Shown: one piece after another, positions 9,749 through 18,817 of the stretch
Layout: each line of letters opens with the position of its first letter
Position numbering within the stretch: position 1 is the stretch's first letter
Assembly (NCBI GenBank): GCA_044344255.1
Contig: JBIJDH010000008.1
Span: 192,001-256,000, forward strand
Source of the DNA: Myxococcota bacterium
GTDB taxonomy: Bacteria; Myxococcota_A; UBA796; UBA2385
Length of the DNA: 64,000 nt
Direction of reading: 5' to 3'
Translations under genes and position numbers: made by a program
The notes under the pieces: generated by a model
Database searches by the model: none
The model's input: the letters and a program-made list of their open reading frames with translations, nothing else
Told to the model about the DNA's origin: nothing

Positions 9749-11338
9749 ATGGACACCATCGACACCCGAGATCGCCCCACGCCCACCGACTCCGACGGTG
9801 ATGGCCAGCGGCTGGTCTGCACCATCGTCGTCCACGCCGACTTCCGCCGCCTCGGTGACCAGCACGTCTCGAGCGCCCCACGGGCGCCCCTCCTGATCAG
9901 CCGCTCGGAGCCTGAATTCCAGCGCCCGGCTCCCGACGGCCCCGAAGCGGAGGGCGCGGCGTGCGGTCGCCCCCTCCAAGACCCGCACGTGAGCCGGACG
10001 CCCATCCGCCTCATCCACACAGGCGTCGACCTCGTCATCGAGCCCGGCGGCAAGCCCATCACGGTCGACGGCGTCCGCGTCTCCGAGCCCATCGAGCTCC
10101 GCGGGGAGGCCCTGGAGGCGGGGGTCCTCCTCCGGCTGGCCCGCACCGCCTGGATCCTGGTCCGCCAGGGGACCGCCGACCCGCGCCGCGGGGAGTCCGC
10201 CTTCCTCATCGGCTCGAGCCCAGAGGCCGTGAACCTACGGCACCGCGTCCGCCTGCTGGCCCGCAGCCGCCTCCCGGTGCTGTTGGTCGGTGAAGCGGGC
10301 ACGGGCAAGGCCCGCCTCGCCCGCTCGATCTTCGACATCTCCTCCCAACCCGGCGCCCCCTGGGTTGAGCTCGACCCAAAGGCCTCACCCGCCACCGCCG
10401 ACGATCCCGTCTCCGTAGCCTTTGAGCGGGCCCGCGGCGGCGCCCTCTCGATCCGAGAGCTGGGGGAGCTCAGCGCGGAGGCCCAGGCTGGCTTGCTCCG
10501 GATCCTCGATCGGCAAGAGGCCGCTGGCCGCCGCAGCCCCGACGAGCCGCGCCTCATCGCCTGCACCAGCGTCGACCCTGCGCGGCTCGTCGAGCAGGGG
10601 CGGCTGCGCCCTGCCTTGCTCCACCGCCTCGCTGCCACGGTGTTGCCCATCCGGCCCCTCCGCGATCGCCGAGAAGACATCGCGGCCCAGGTGCGGGCGG
10701 TCGCCCTCGACGCCCTCGAAGAGCTCGAGATGGAGGCAGACCAGGCCGTCTCCGCCGGTCTCCTCCACCCCAACCAGCAGCTCGAGCTGCTCCAGCAGGC
10801 CTGGCCCGGCAACAGCCGTGAGCTCGACCACCAAGTGCGGGAGCTCGTCCTCAAGGGCCCAGGCGGCTGGCAGAGCGGGGACTCCCACCTCCCCCCTGCG
10901 AGCAGCCGCCCATCCACACCGAGCCTCTCGAGGCCCGATCCCCTCCCTGTCGCGCCTGTCCTCCCGCCGACCGCCGGTCTCCCGATCTCCGAGACGCCGC
11001 TCCCGAGCGACACCGCCGGCCCCGATCGGGCCCTGATCCACCGCCTCGATCGGCTGCTGATCGAGCTCATCAACGATCCCGACCTCTCCGTCGAGCTGCT
11101 CGGCAAGCGCATGGGCCTCAGCCGTCGGCAGCTCCACCGCGAGATCCGGCGGGTGGTCGGCCTGCCGCCGAAGGACTGGCTGAACGAGCGGCGCATGCTG
11201 CTGGCCCGCGACCTGCTCCGCAGCGGGAAGGTGCGAACGGTCTCCCAGGTGGCCGCGCAGGTGGGGCTGAGCCCCGCCTGGTTCTCCAAGTCCTACCTTG
11301 CACACTTCGGGATCTGTCCCTCCGACGAGCGGGCCTGA
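9749..11338 (+). CDS. Transcriptional regulator: FHA-like + degenerate sigma-54 activator AAA+ domain + AraC-type HTH
   Basis: DPHVSR (FHA-like), VLLVGEAGTGK, LRDRREDI, WPGNSREL. C-terminal SVELLGKRMGLSRRQLHR...VSQVAAQVGL...FGICPS (AraC). Start codon uncertain. Confidence 0.75.
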   Translation: MDTIDTRDRPTPTDSDGDGQRLVCTIVVHADFRRLGDQHVSSAPRAPLLISRSEPEFQRPAPDGPEAEGAACGRPLQDPHVSRTPIRLIHTGVDLVIEPGGKPITVDGVRVSEPIELRGEALEAGVLLRLARTAWILVRQGTADPRRGESAFLIGSSPEAVNLRHRVRLLARSRLPVLLVGEAGTGKARLARSIFDISSQPGAPWVELDPKASPATADDPVSVAFERARGGALSIRELGELSAEAQAGLLRILDRQEAAGRRSPDEPRLIACTSVDPARLVEQGRLRPALLHRLAATVLPIRPLRDRREDIAAQVRAVALDALEELEMEADQAVSAGLLHPNQQLELLQQAWPGNSRELDHQVRELVLKGPGGWQSGDSHLPPASSRPSTPSLSRPDPLPVAPVLPPTAGLPISETPLPSDTAGPDRALIHRLDRLLIELINDPDLSVELLGKRMGLSRRQLHREIRRVVGLPPKDWLNERRMLLARDLLRSGKVRTVSQVAAQVGLSPAWFSKSYLAHFGICPSDERA

Positions 11339-11404
11339 CCGCGCCTGACCTCCGGGCGCCCGCGCGGGCTCCCACTCACAGCGAGGGCCGGGCGTGACGG
11401 CCGA

Positions 11405-12757
11405 TCAAGACAGCATCGCCTCGATGAGCCCACCCGGGAGGCTGGGATCACCGAACTGTTCGATGGGGCCGCCGTCGGGGCCGCGGTGGCCGGTGGCGGT
11501 GAGCAGCGTGGCGAGCAGGCGATCGTGGGTGACGCCGCCCGCGTCCACATAGGCGCCGGTCCGGAGGCTGCCGTCGCCGGCGCCGGCGATCACCCAGGGG
11601 AGCTCGTCGTAGCGGTGGGAGCCCGTCGCCACGTCGCTCACGAAGACGGCGACCGCCGAGTCGAGCACGCCGTTCTCCGCGAGGCGGTCGAGCAGGTGGC
11701 GGAACACGCCGAGGTGCAGGCGGTTGACGTCGGCGTGCATCTCGTGGGTGGAGGCGTAGGGCCCGAGCCCGGCCGAATCGACCATCCCATGGGTGAGCTC
11801 GTGGTAGGCCGGCAGGGTGAAGCCATCGACCGTGTAGCGGCAGCGGTCGAGGCGGTCTCCGATCTGCAGGGTCACCGCCCGAGCCTGGCCGCAGCCGAGC
11901 ACGAGCGCGATGAGATCGCAGTGCAGGCGCGCCACGTCGAGGGAGACGGCGTCGTCGGCGCTGCGGCCGGCCAGGTCGGCCATCGCCGCCACCTGGCCGG
12001 CGCGGAGGCCCTCACAGAGGCGCTCGAGGTCGCGTACGGAGTCGCTGTGCAGCTCGAGCCGGGCGCGGTCCTCGGCGGAGAGGCGGGGGCTCTGGGCGAG
12101 GGCCTGGAGCTGGTCGAGCACGAGGTCCTGGACCGAGCCGCGCGCCTCCCGCCCCGCCCCGCCGCCGATCCAACGCTGATAAACCGCCCAGGGGTCGCTG
12201 TCGGCCCCGCGGAGCTGGCCGGGGCCGCGGTAGGAGAGCACCTCCTCTCCGTAGTCGTCGCGCCGGCCCGCGTAGAGGGTGAGCGGCTCCCCGGCGTTGA
12301 CGTCAGACTGGCGCGCGATCCAATTGTCGATCGACTCGCCCTGCGCGTAGGTCATCACCGTCTCGGTCAGCGGGCCGCACGGGGCGCCGGTGAGGAGCTG
12401 GTTGCCCCCGCCGGCGTGGAGCTCCCGCGAGGCGGGAAAGGGGAAGGCCGTGCCGCGGACGAGCAGCACACGCTCGGCGTGATCGGCGAGCTCGGACACC
12501 ACCCGGTCGGCGTTGGCATCGGCGAGCACAGCCCGGCTGAGCGGCCCGAGCGCGCGGGGCCAGAAGAGCTCCGGCAACGCGCCGTCCTCTTGCGCCACCC
12601 CTGAGGCCGCCCGCACCACGACGAGGGGGTGCCCCAGCGGCCGCTCCAGCTCCGACTCCCGCGCCCGCCCGCAGCCGTGGAGGGAGGCGAGGAAGGGCAC
12701 AGGCACCATGAGCCCCGACGCCGCGGTCAGGAAGTGGCGTCGGGATAGGGGGCCCAT
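11405..12757 (-). CDS. DUF1552 family protein with Tat signal
   Basis: LSRRHFL...PFLASL Tat-like leader, SIDNWIA, DRARLELH.DSVRDLE, YHELTH, GVLDS, SH...LPWVIAG. AGGAGG RBS before ATG 12757. Confidence 0.8.
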   Translation of the reverse strand: MGPLSRRHFLTAASGLMVPVPFLASLHGCGRARESELERPLGHPLVVVRAASGVAQEDGALPELFWPRALGPLSRAVLADANADRVVSELADHAERVLLVRGTAFPFPASRELHAGGGNQLLTGAPCGPLTETVMTYAQGESIDNWIARQSDVNAGEPLTLYAGRRDDYGEEVLSYRGPGQLRGADSDPWAVYQRWIGGGAGREARGSVQDLVLDQLQALAQSPRLSAEDRARLELHSDSVRDLERLCEGLRAGQVAAMADLAGRSADDAVSLDVARLHCDLIALVLGCGQARAVTLQIGDRLDRCRYTVDGFTLPAYHELTHGMVDSAGLGPYASTHEMHADVNRLHLGVFRHLLDRLAENGVLDSAVAVFVSDVATGSHRYDELPWVIAGAGDGSLRTGAYVDAGGVTHDRLLATLLTATGHRGPDGGPIEQFGDPSLPGGLIEAMLS

Positions 12758-12805
12758 GCCGTACCTCCTGCCTCTGGGTAGCGCGGCGGGGGGCCCGGGT
12801 CTACG

Positions 12806-14374
12806 ATGTTCTTCCTCCTCTTCCTCGCCTGCGCCGCCGCTCCCCCGGTCTCCGGCAGCGGGCACGCGGTCCGCCTGACCCACCGCCAATGGGAGCACAC
12901 CGTGGTCGATCTGCTCGGCCTCACCGCGCCCACCGGCCTCTCGGGCGACCTCGTCCCCGACCCCGCCCGCTCCACCTTTGACACCGACGCCGCCGAGCTC
13001 TCCGTCTCTCCGGTGCTCCGCCTGCAGTACGAGGCCGCCGCGGAGGCCCTGGCCCTGCGGGTGGTGAGCGAGCCGCCGCTCTACGCGACCGTGGCGCCGA
13101 GCGGTCGTTACCCCTCTCGCGGCGCGTACACGCTCGCCGAGCGGGACGCCTGGGTCGCCGAATTCGGCGGGCGCGCCTATCGTCGGCCCCTCGACCCGAC
13201 CGAGCGGCTCCAGCTCGGCGCCCTCTTCACCGAAGGGAGCGCCCTCTTCGCCTCCGGCGAGCCCTTCGCGGACGGAGTCCGCGCCGTCGTGACCGCCCTG
13301 CTCCAGTCGCCGGGCTTCCTCTACCGCACGGAGGGGATCTATGGACAGGCCGAGCCCGGGGCCCTGTCACCCGAGGAGCTGGCCGTCCGCCTCTCCTATG
13401 CCCTCTGGGGCACGCTGCCCGACGCCGCGCTGTTCGACGCCGCCGAGGCCGGCTTCGGGCCCGAGGCGCAACGGGCCGAGGCGGAGCGCCTCCTCGACGC
13501 CCCCGCCGGCCACGCTATGGTGGCCGACCTGCACCGACAGCTCCTCCACGTCGACCAGTACGCTCAGGTCTGGCGCCCCGACGAGGAGGTGCGCGGCATC
13601 GGCACCTACGCCGCCTCCGCCCCCGCCGCGATGCAGGCCGAGCTCTATGCCTACGTCGACGACGTCGTCTATCCGGCGGGCACCGTGCGCGAGCTGCTCA
13701 CCCGCAGCGAGACCTTCGCCAACAGCGACCTCGCCGACATCTACGGCATCGAGGGTATCGAGGGTGACACGCTCGTCCCGGTCTCGCTCGACCCCGCCGA
13801 GCGCGCCGGCCTCCTCACCCTCTCGGGCTTCCTTGCCTGGCAGGCGAAGGACTCCGAGCCCAACCTGATCGAGCGCGGCGCCTTCCTCAACGACGCCCTC
13901 CTCTGCGCCGAGGTCCCGCCGCCCCCGGCCGGCGCTGCCCCCCTCCCCGAGGCCACCGAGGGCACCAGCCTCCGCGCGCGCATCGAGGCCCACACCGCCG
14001 GCTGCGGCGGCGCCTGCCACACCGAGCTCATCAACCCGATCGGCTTCGCGCTCGGCCCCTATGACGAGGCGGGCCGCTACGTCCCCTTCGAGGGTGACGA
14101 GCCCATCGACGCCACCGGCACCTACACCTTCACGGAGGGCCCCACCGACTTCGACGGCGCCGTCGACCTCGCGCAGGTCATGGCCGAGAGCGAGCAGGTG
14201 CACCGCTGCTACGTCGGACACCTCGCGGGCTACCTCCACGGGGCGCCCGTCTCCGCCCTCGACGAGGCGATGCTCGAGGCCCTCACGGAGGCCTCGCTGG
14301 GAGACGCCTCGATCCGCTCGCTCATCCTCGACATCGTCACCGATCCGAGCTTCCGGGAGGTCCGGGGGGACTGA
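12806..14374 (+). CDS. DUF1592/DUF1588/DUF1595-type (planctomycete cytochrome c-associated) lipoprotein
   Basis: Lipobox-like FLAC, RLTHRQWEHTVVDLLG, RAYRRPL, LLQSPGFLYR, ELAVRLSYALW..PD, RAGLLT, CGGACH..INPIGF, IDATG. Confidence 0.85.
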   Translation: MFFLLFLACAAAPPVSGSGHAVRLTHRQWEHTVVDLLGLTAPTGLSGDLVPDPARSTFDTDAAELSVSPVLRLQYEAAAEALALRVVSEPPLYATVAPSGRYPSRGAYTLAERDAWVAEFGGRAYRRPLDPTERLQLGALFTEGSALFASGEPFADGVRAVVTALLQSPGFLYRTEGIYGQAEPGALSPEELAVRLSYALWGTLPDAALFDAAEAGFGPEAQRAEAERLLDAPAGHAMVADLHRQLLHVDQYAQVWRPDEEVRGIGTYAASAPAAMQAELYAYVDDVVYPAGTVRELLTRSETFANSDLADIYGIEGIEGDTLVPVSLDPAERAGLLTLSGFLAWQAKDSEPNLIERGAFLNDALLCAEVPPPPAGAAPLPEATEGTSLRARIEAHTAGCGGACHTELINPIGFALGPYDEAGRYVPFEGDEPIDATGTYTFTEGPTDFDGAVDLAQVMAESEQVHRCYVGHLAGYLHGAPVSALDEAMLEALTEASLGDASIRSLILDIVTDPSFREVRGD

Positions 14375-14410
14375 GGGGTGCGGCGAGGGCGATCGTCTAT
14401 CAATTACGGT

Positions 14411-17400
14411 CTATCGCCCCGTCGCCGCGCTGCCGCCCCCCTCTCTCCGGGCACGAAACATGCGGTCAAGGAGATCGCGGTCCGGGCTCAGCTCGGCCGC
14501 GCGGGCGAGGGCCTCGGCCTCGGCGGCGAGGTCCCCCTCAGTGCGGGCGAGGTCGGCGAGCAGCAGGCTGGCCTGCACACCGCCGAGCCAGGCGCCGCCG
14601 CCCGCGCGGTCGGCGACCGAGCGGAGGAGCGCCCGGCCCGCCGGCACCCGGCCGCGCAGCAGGAGCGCCTCCCCCCGCGCCGCCTCCAGGCCGAGGGCCT
14701 CGCCGGGCTCGACGAAGCGGAGGTCGGGCGGGTTGAGGAGGGCGGAGATGACGTCGGTCCGGTCCATGTTCCAGGTCCAGGCCGACCGATAGGTGATGGC
14801 GAAGACCTGCGCCGCGGTCGGCTCACCAAAGGCCTCGCGGAGGTCGTCGTACAGCCCCGGATCGAGGCGGGAGAGCGCCGCCGCGCGATAGAGATCGGCG
14901 ATCTCGCCGGGGGCGGCCTCGGCGGAGAGCTCGGTCAGCGCGCCCCGCTCCCCTCGGGTGAAGCGGAGCAGGCGGTCGAGCGGCTCTGGCTCCGCGGCGG
15001 TGTCGATCACCACGCCGTGGAGCTCGAGCTCCTCCAGGGTCATCTCCACCAGCATGCCGGCGTTGTGGCCCCAGGAGGCCATCCCCTCGATGACGAGCTC
15101 CGCGCGTTGGCCCACGCTCAGGGGCAGGGTGCAGTCCGCGGGGGGTGGGCCAGCGAGGCCACGGCCGAAGCCGATCGTCTGCTGATCGGCGGTAGGGGCG
15201 CCCCAGCGGAGGTCAAAGGGGGCATGATCGAAGTCGAGGTCCACCCGAGAGGAGAGGGTCGCCTGCCAGCCGCCACACCCCCCACCGCGGGCGGAGGCGC
15301 GGAGCTCGCGGTTGAGGATCCCGCCCGAGCCGAGCCCGCGCGCCCAGAGCTCGATCTGCCAGTATTCGTCGATTCCTCGCATCAAGATGCGCGCCGTCGA
15401 GGCCCACTCCACGACCTCCACCTCCCCCTTCGCCCGCAGCCAGAGGGGCGCGCCGGTGGTGCGCAGGGGCAGACGGAGCACCACACCGGCGTCGCTCGGC
15501 ACGCGGAGCCGGAGGGCTCCGCGGCTCGGGTCCTGAATGACCGCGACGGGGACCCGCAGGTCGACGCCGGTGGGCAGGGGGCCCCCAAACTGCACCCGCA
15601 GGGCGCCTTCGGTCGCGCGGCGCACGGCCTCCCCCTCCACGCCCGCCACCGCCCCGAGGGCCTCAACGGCCTCTGCGGCCTGCTCGAGGTCGCCGGCCGC
15701 CTGAGCGAGGCGCGCGGCCCGTCGCAGCGCGGCCTCCCGGCCCTCTCCGCCCAGCTGGGCGCGGCGGAGCAGCAGCCGCACCGCCAGGGAGCGCTGGCCC
15801 TCTCGTTCCCACAGCGCCGCCGCGCGATCGAGCGCCTGCGCGTAGGCCTCCGGCGATCCGCTGCTGCGCTGCAAGAGCGTGTCCACCGCGGTGTCGGGGG
15901 AGATGACCTCGAAGAGGTCAGACTCGGGATCGCCGCCGCCGCTCCCCCCGCGCCGCGGGAGGGCCGGGAGGACATCGCCCCCCTCGCCGGGCAAGAACAG
16001 GCGGCCCTCGGCGTCCTGCAGCACGAGGGCGGCCGACTCGGTCCGACCCACCGCGGACTGAGACGGGCTGGTCCGCACCCGATAGCCGCTGAGCTGCGCG
16101 CGCACCTGAAAGCCCTCCCCCGCTCCCTCGGAGAGGAAGAGGGCGGGCTGGCCCTCCCCGCTGGCGATCAGCTCACGGACACCGTCGTGGTCGAGGTCGA
16201 AAGACTCGAGCAAGTCGGGACAGGCTCCGCCCCCCCACGGGAGCTCCTGCTCGACGGACAGGGCCCCGGCCGAATATCGAAAGACGACCAGGCGACAGGG
16301 GCCGCCGTAGGAGTCCTTGCGCCCGAAGATGAGCCGGCTGCCGAAACGACGCGTGGCGACGCCCGCCACCCGACCGGGCCCGACCGGCGCCAGCGCCTGG
16401 AGCCAGCCCACCCGCGGCCCCGAGACGGTCCGAAATCCCTCTCCGTCTGGAAAGACCACGACCGGCTGAAAGCCCCAGGAGGGCCCGATCGCGAAGACGA
16501 CCTCGGCCACGCCGTCACCGTCCATGTCTTCGACCGCGCTGGCGCCGGGGTTCCCCATGAGCGGCTGATCCCAGGCCCGGTCGCCGCTCGGCCGGGACAG
16601 GCCGAGCTGGCGGACTCCCCCGAGATCATGCCAATAGGCGTCCCCCACCGCCGCGCCGAGCGAAGGGCCGGGCAGGGCGATCGGGCCCGCGGCGCCCAGG
16701 CGCCAGGTCTGTCCCTTGTCGGAGTGGATGAAGGGGGGCGAGAGCTCGTTGAACCTCGGCACCCGCCAGACCTCGCCCTCTCGGACCGGCGCCGGCACCG
16801 TCTCGATCCGAATCTCCTCGAGCCGCCCGTCGCCGTCGCTGTCGACCACCTGCATCACGCCCGGCTCGAGCCACCGCCCGCGACGGAGCGGCGCGAGCAG
16901 GGCGCGGGCCGCCTCGTCGAGCCAGGGCCAGGCGCCCTCGAGATCGGCGATCCCCAGCGCCCCTTCACGCTCCGCCTCCCGCCGCGCCTCGGGCTCGAGC
17001 AGGGCGACGAGCTCCGGAGCGCCGTGGACGAAGAGCTCGATCGAGGCGGCGTCCGAACGGGCGCGCCACGCGTTGAGCAGCGCCACCACCCCCTGCAGCC
17101 GGACCCCCCGATCGGGCGTGGCGAGGATGGCCCGGCTGGCCGCGGCCACCGCCTCCCGGGGCCGCTCCGCCGTCTCCTCGAGGCGGGCGAGGTCGAGCCA
17201 GGCGGCGCCCACCGCCGGGGTGCCGCTGCGGGTCGGCTCGCTGGCGAAGGCGGCGACCCAGGTGGCGGCGCCGTCCGGGGACTCGGCGTAGCGGTCCTGG
17301 AGCTCGATCCGCGCGACCTCCCAGGCCTCCGCCGCCGCACGCTGCCGCCAGGCCTCACGCGCCCAGGCGCCGAGCCCCGAGAGCAGGATGAGCGCGACGA

Positions 17401-18361
17401 CCACCAGGGCCGCGGTGGCGGTCGGCACCCGCTGGCGGAGGCGGGTGCGGAGGGTCCAGGCGAAGGAGCCGGGCCGCAGGCGCACGTTCCGGCCCTCCAG
17501 GCAGCGCCGGAGATCCAGAGCGAAGGCGCCCATGTCCGGATAACGACAGGCTGGATCGGGGTGGGTGGCGCGCCGGATCACCCAAGCCAGCTCTCGCGCC
17601 TCCCGTGGGCGCAGGGGGTGCGCGGTGGGGACGGTCTGGCTGCCGCGATCGGGCGCCACCCCCATCACCACCTCTCGGACCACGAGCCCGAGCGCATAGA
17701 CGTCGACCCGCGCCCAGTCCCCCACCTCGCCTTGGGCCTGCTCGGGGGCCATGTACCAGGGGGTGCCCACCGCCTTGCCCGCCCGGGTGAGCCGCGGCTC
17801 GTCGGGGCCGATCGCGATGCCGAGATCGGCCACGAAGGGGCGGCCAGTGTGGCTCACGAGGAGGTTGCTGGGCTTGATGTCGCGGTGGAAGACACCCCGC
17901 CGGTGCAGGCGAGTGAGGGTGTCGGCCACCACGACGAGCTGGCCGAGGCGCTGGGTGGCGGTGAAGGCGCCGCCGGCCTGGATCGGCCCGCCCAGGACGA
18001 GCTCCATGGTGTACCAGGGCTCACCATCGAGGGACTCACCATCCTCCAGGAGCCGCACCAGACCTGGATCATCCGCCGACCGGTGCGCGACGATCTCCCG
18101 CCGGAAGCGCTCTCGGACGACCGCCGAGGCCTCCGCCCCCCGGCGCAGCACCTTGAGCGCCACGTCCTCCTGCCGTTCGTTCGACCAGGCCCGATAGACA
18201 TTGGCGCTGCCGCCAGCGCCGAGCAGCGGGCCCAGGCGGTGACCGGGGAAGCGCTCCCGCGCCACGGCCCCCGCGGGCGCCGACGGCACGGCCGGGCCCC
18301 CAGCCGCCGGCTCGACGACCGAGACGTCCCAAGTGTGCGGGGTCTCCGCCGATGCGCTCAT
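14411..18361 (-). CDS. Membrane Ser/Thr protein kinase with a large C-terminal region containing FG-GAP-like Ca-binding repeats
   Basis: LGAGGSANV, VALK, HRDIKPSN, DLG, GTPWYMAPE, DVYALG. One TM helix. DSDGDG, DMDGDG and DLDHDG repeats. Start inferred at MSASAE. Confidence 0.85.
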   Translation of the reverse strand: MSASAETPHTWDVSVVEPAAGGPAVPSAPAGAVARERFPGHRLGPLLGAGGSANVYRAWSNERQEDVALKVLRRGAEASAVVRERFRREIVAHRSADDPGLVRLLEDGESLDGEPWYTMELVLGGPIQAGGAFTATQRLGQLVVVADTLTRLHRRGVFHRDIKPSNLLVSHTGRPFVADLGIAIGPDEPRLTRAGKAVGTPWYMAPEQAQGEVGDWARVDVYALGLVVREVVMGVAPDRGSQTVPTAHPLRPREARELAWVIRRATHPDPACRYPDMGAFALDLRRCLEGRNVRLRPGSFAWTLRTRLRQRVPTATAALVVVALILLSGLGAWAREAWRQRAAAEAWEVARIELQDRYAESPDGAATWVAAFASEPTRSGTPAVGAAWLDLARLEETAERPREAVAAASRAILATPDRGVRLQGVVALLNAWRARSDAASIELFVHGAPELVALLEPEARREAEREGALGIADLEGAWPWLDEAARALLAPLRRGRWLEPGVMQVVDSDGDGRLEEIRIETVPAPVREGEVWRVPRFNELSPPFIHSDKGQTWRLGAAGPIALPGPSLGAAVGDAYWHDLGGVRQLGLSRPSGDRAWDQPLMGNPGASAVEDMDGDGVAEVVFAIGPSWGFQPVVVFPDGEGFRTVSGPRVGWLQALAPVGPGRVAGVATRRFGSRLIFGRKDSYGGPCRLVVFRYSAGALSVEQELPWGGGACPDLLESFDLDHDGVRELIASGEGQPALFLSEGAGEGFQVRAQLSGYRVRTSPSQSAVGRTESAALVLQDAEGRLFLPGEGGDVLPALPRRGGSGGGDPESDLFEVISPDTAVDTLLQRSSGSPEAYAQALDRAAALWEREGQRSLAVRLLLRRAQLGGEGREAALRRAARLAQAAGDLEQAAEAVEALGAVAGVEGEAVRRATEGALRVQFGGPLPTGVDLRVPVAVIQDPSRGALRLRVPSDAGVVLRLPLRTTGAPLWLRAKGEVEVVEWASTARILMRGIDEYWQIELWARGLGSGGILNRELRASARGGGCGGWQATLSSRVDLDFDHAPFDLRWGAPTADQQTIGFGRGLAGPPPADCTLPLSVGQRAELVIEGMASWGHNAGMLVEMTLEELELHGVVIDTAAEPEPLDRLLRFTRGERGALTELSAEAAPGEIADLYRAAALSRLDPGLYDDLREAFGEPTAAQVFAITYRSAWTWNMDRTDVISALLNPPDLRFVEPGEALGLEAARGEALLLRGRVPAGRALLRSVADRAGGGAWLGGVQASLLLADLARTEGDLAAEAEALARAAELSPDRDLLDRMFRARREGGGSAATGR

Positions 18362-18457
18362 GGGCCCATCATAGCGCGCGGTCCGATGGCCCCCTCCCTC
18401 CCTGGACGCTCCCACGGGAAGGGGGTAGCCCGAAGATCCCGCGATCTGGAGCCCCTC

Positions 18458-18817
18458 ATGGACAAGCGCAGCGAGCCCCCCAGCAGCCCGGCCGAGGGCG
18501 GCGAAGGGCCCGGAGCCCCTCCTCCCGCCCCGGAGGTGACCGCGATCGAGGCCGCCACCTTCCGCCGGCTGGTCGCCCACCTCCAGGCCCACCCCGAGGC
18601 CGCCAACATCGACCTCATGATCGTGGCCGACTTCTGCCGGAACTGCCTGGCCAAGTGGTACCAGGAGGAGGCCCAGGCCCGAGGCGTGGCGATCGACGAG
18701 GCCAGCGCTCGGGCCCTCATCCACGGCATGCCCTACGCGGAGTGGAAGGCCAGTCAGCCGCCGGCCACCCCGGCGCAGCTCGCGGCCTACGGGTCCCGAC
18801 AGAAGGCCCGTTCGTGA
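18458..18817 (+). CDS. DUF1244 family protein
   Basis: EAATFRRLVAHL...NIDLM..ADFCRNCLAKWY...HGMPYAEWK. GGAG RBS. It is the 3' end of track ORF 14378-18817. Confidence 0.88.
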   Translation: MDKRSEPPSSPAEGGEGPGAPPPAPEVTAIEAATFRRLVAHLQAHPEAANIDLMIVADFCRNCLAKWYQEEAQARGVAIDEASARALIHGMPYAEWKASQPPATPAQLAAYGSRQKARS

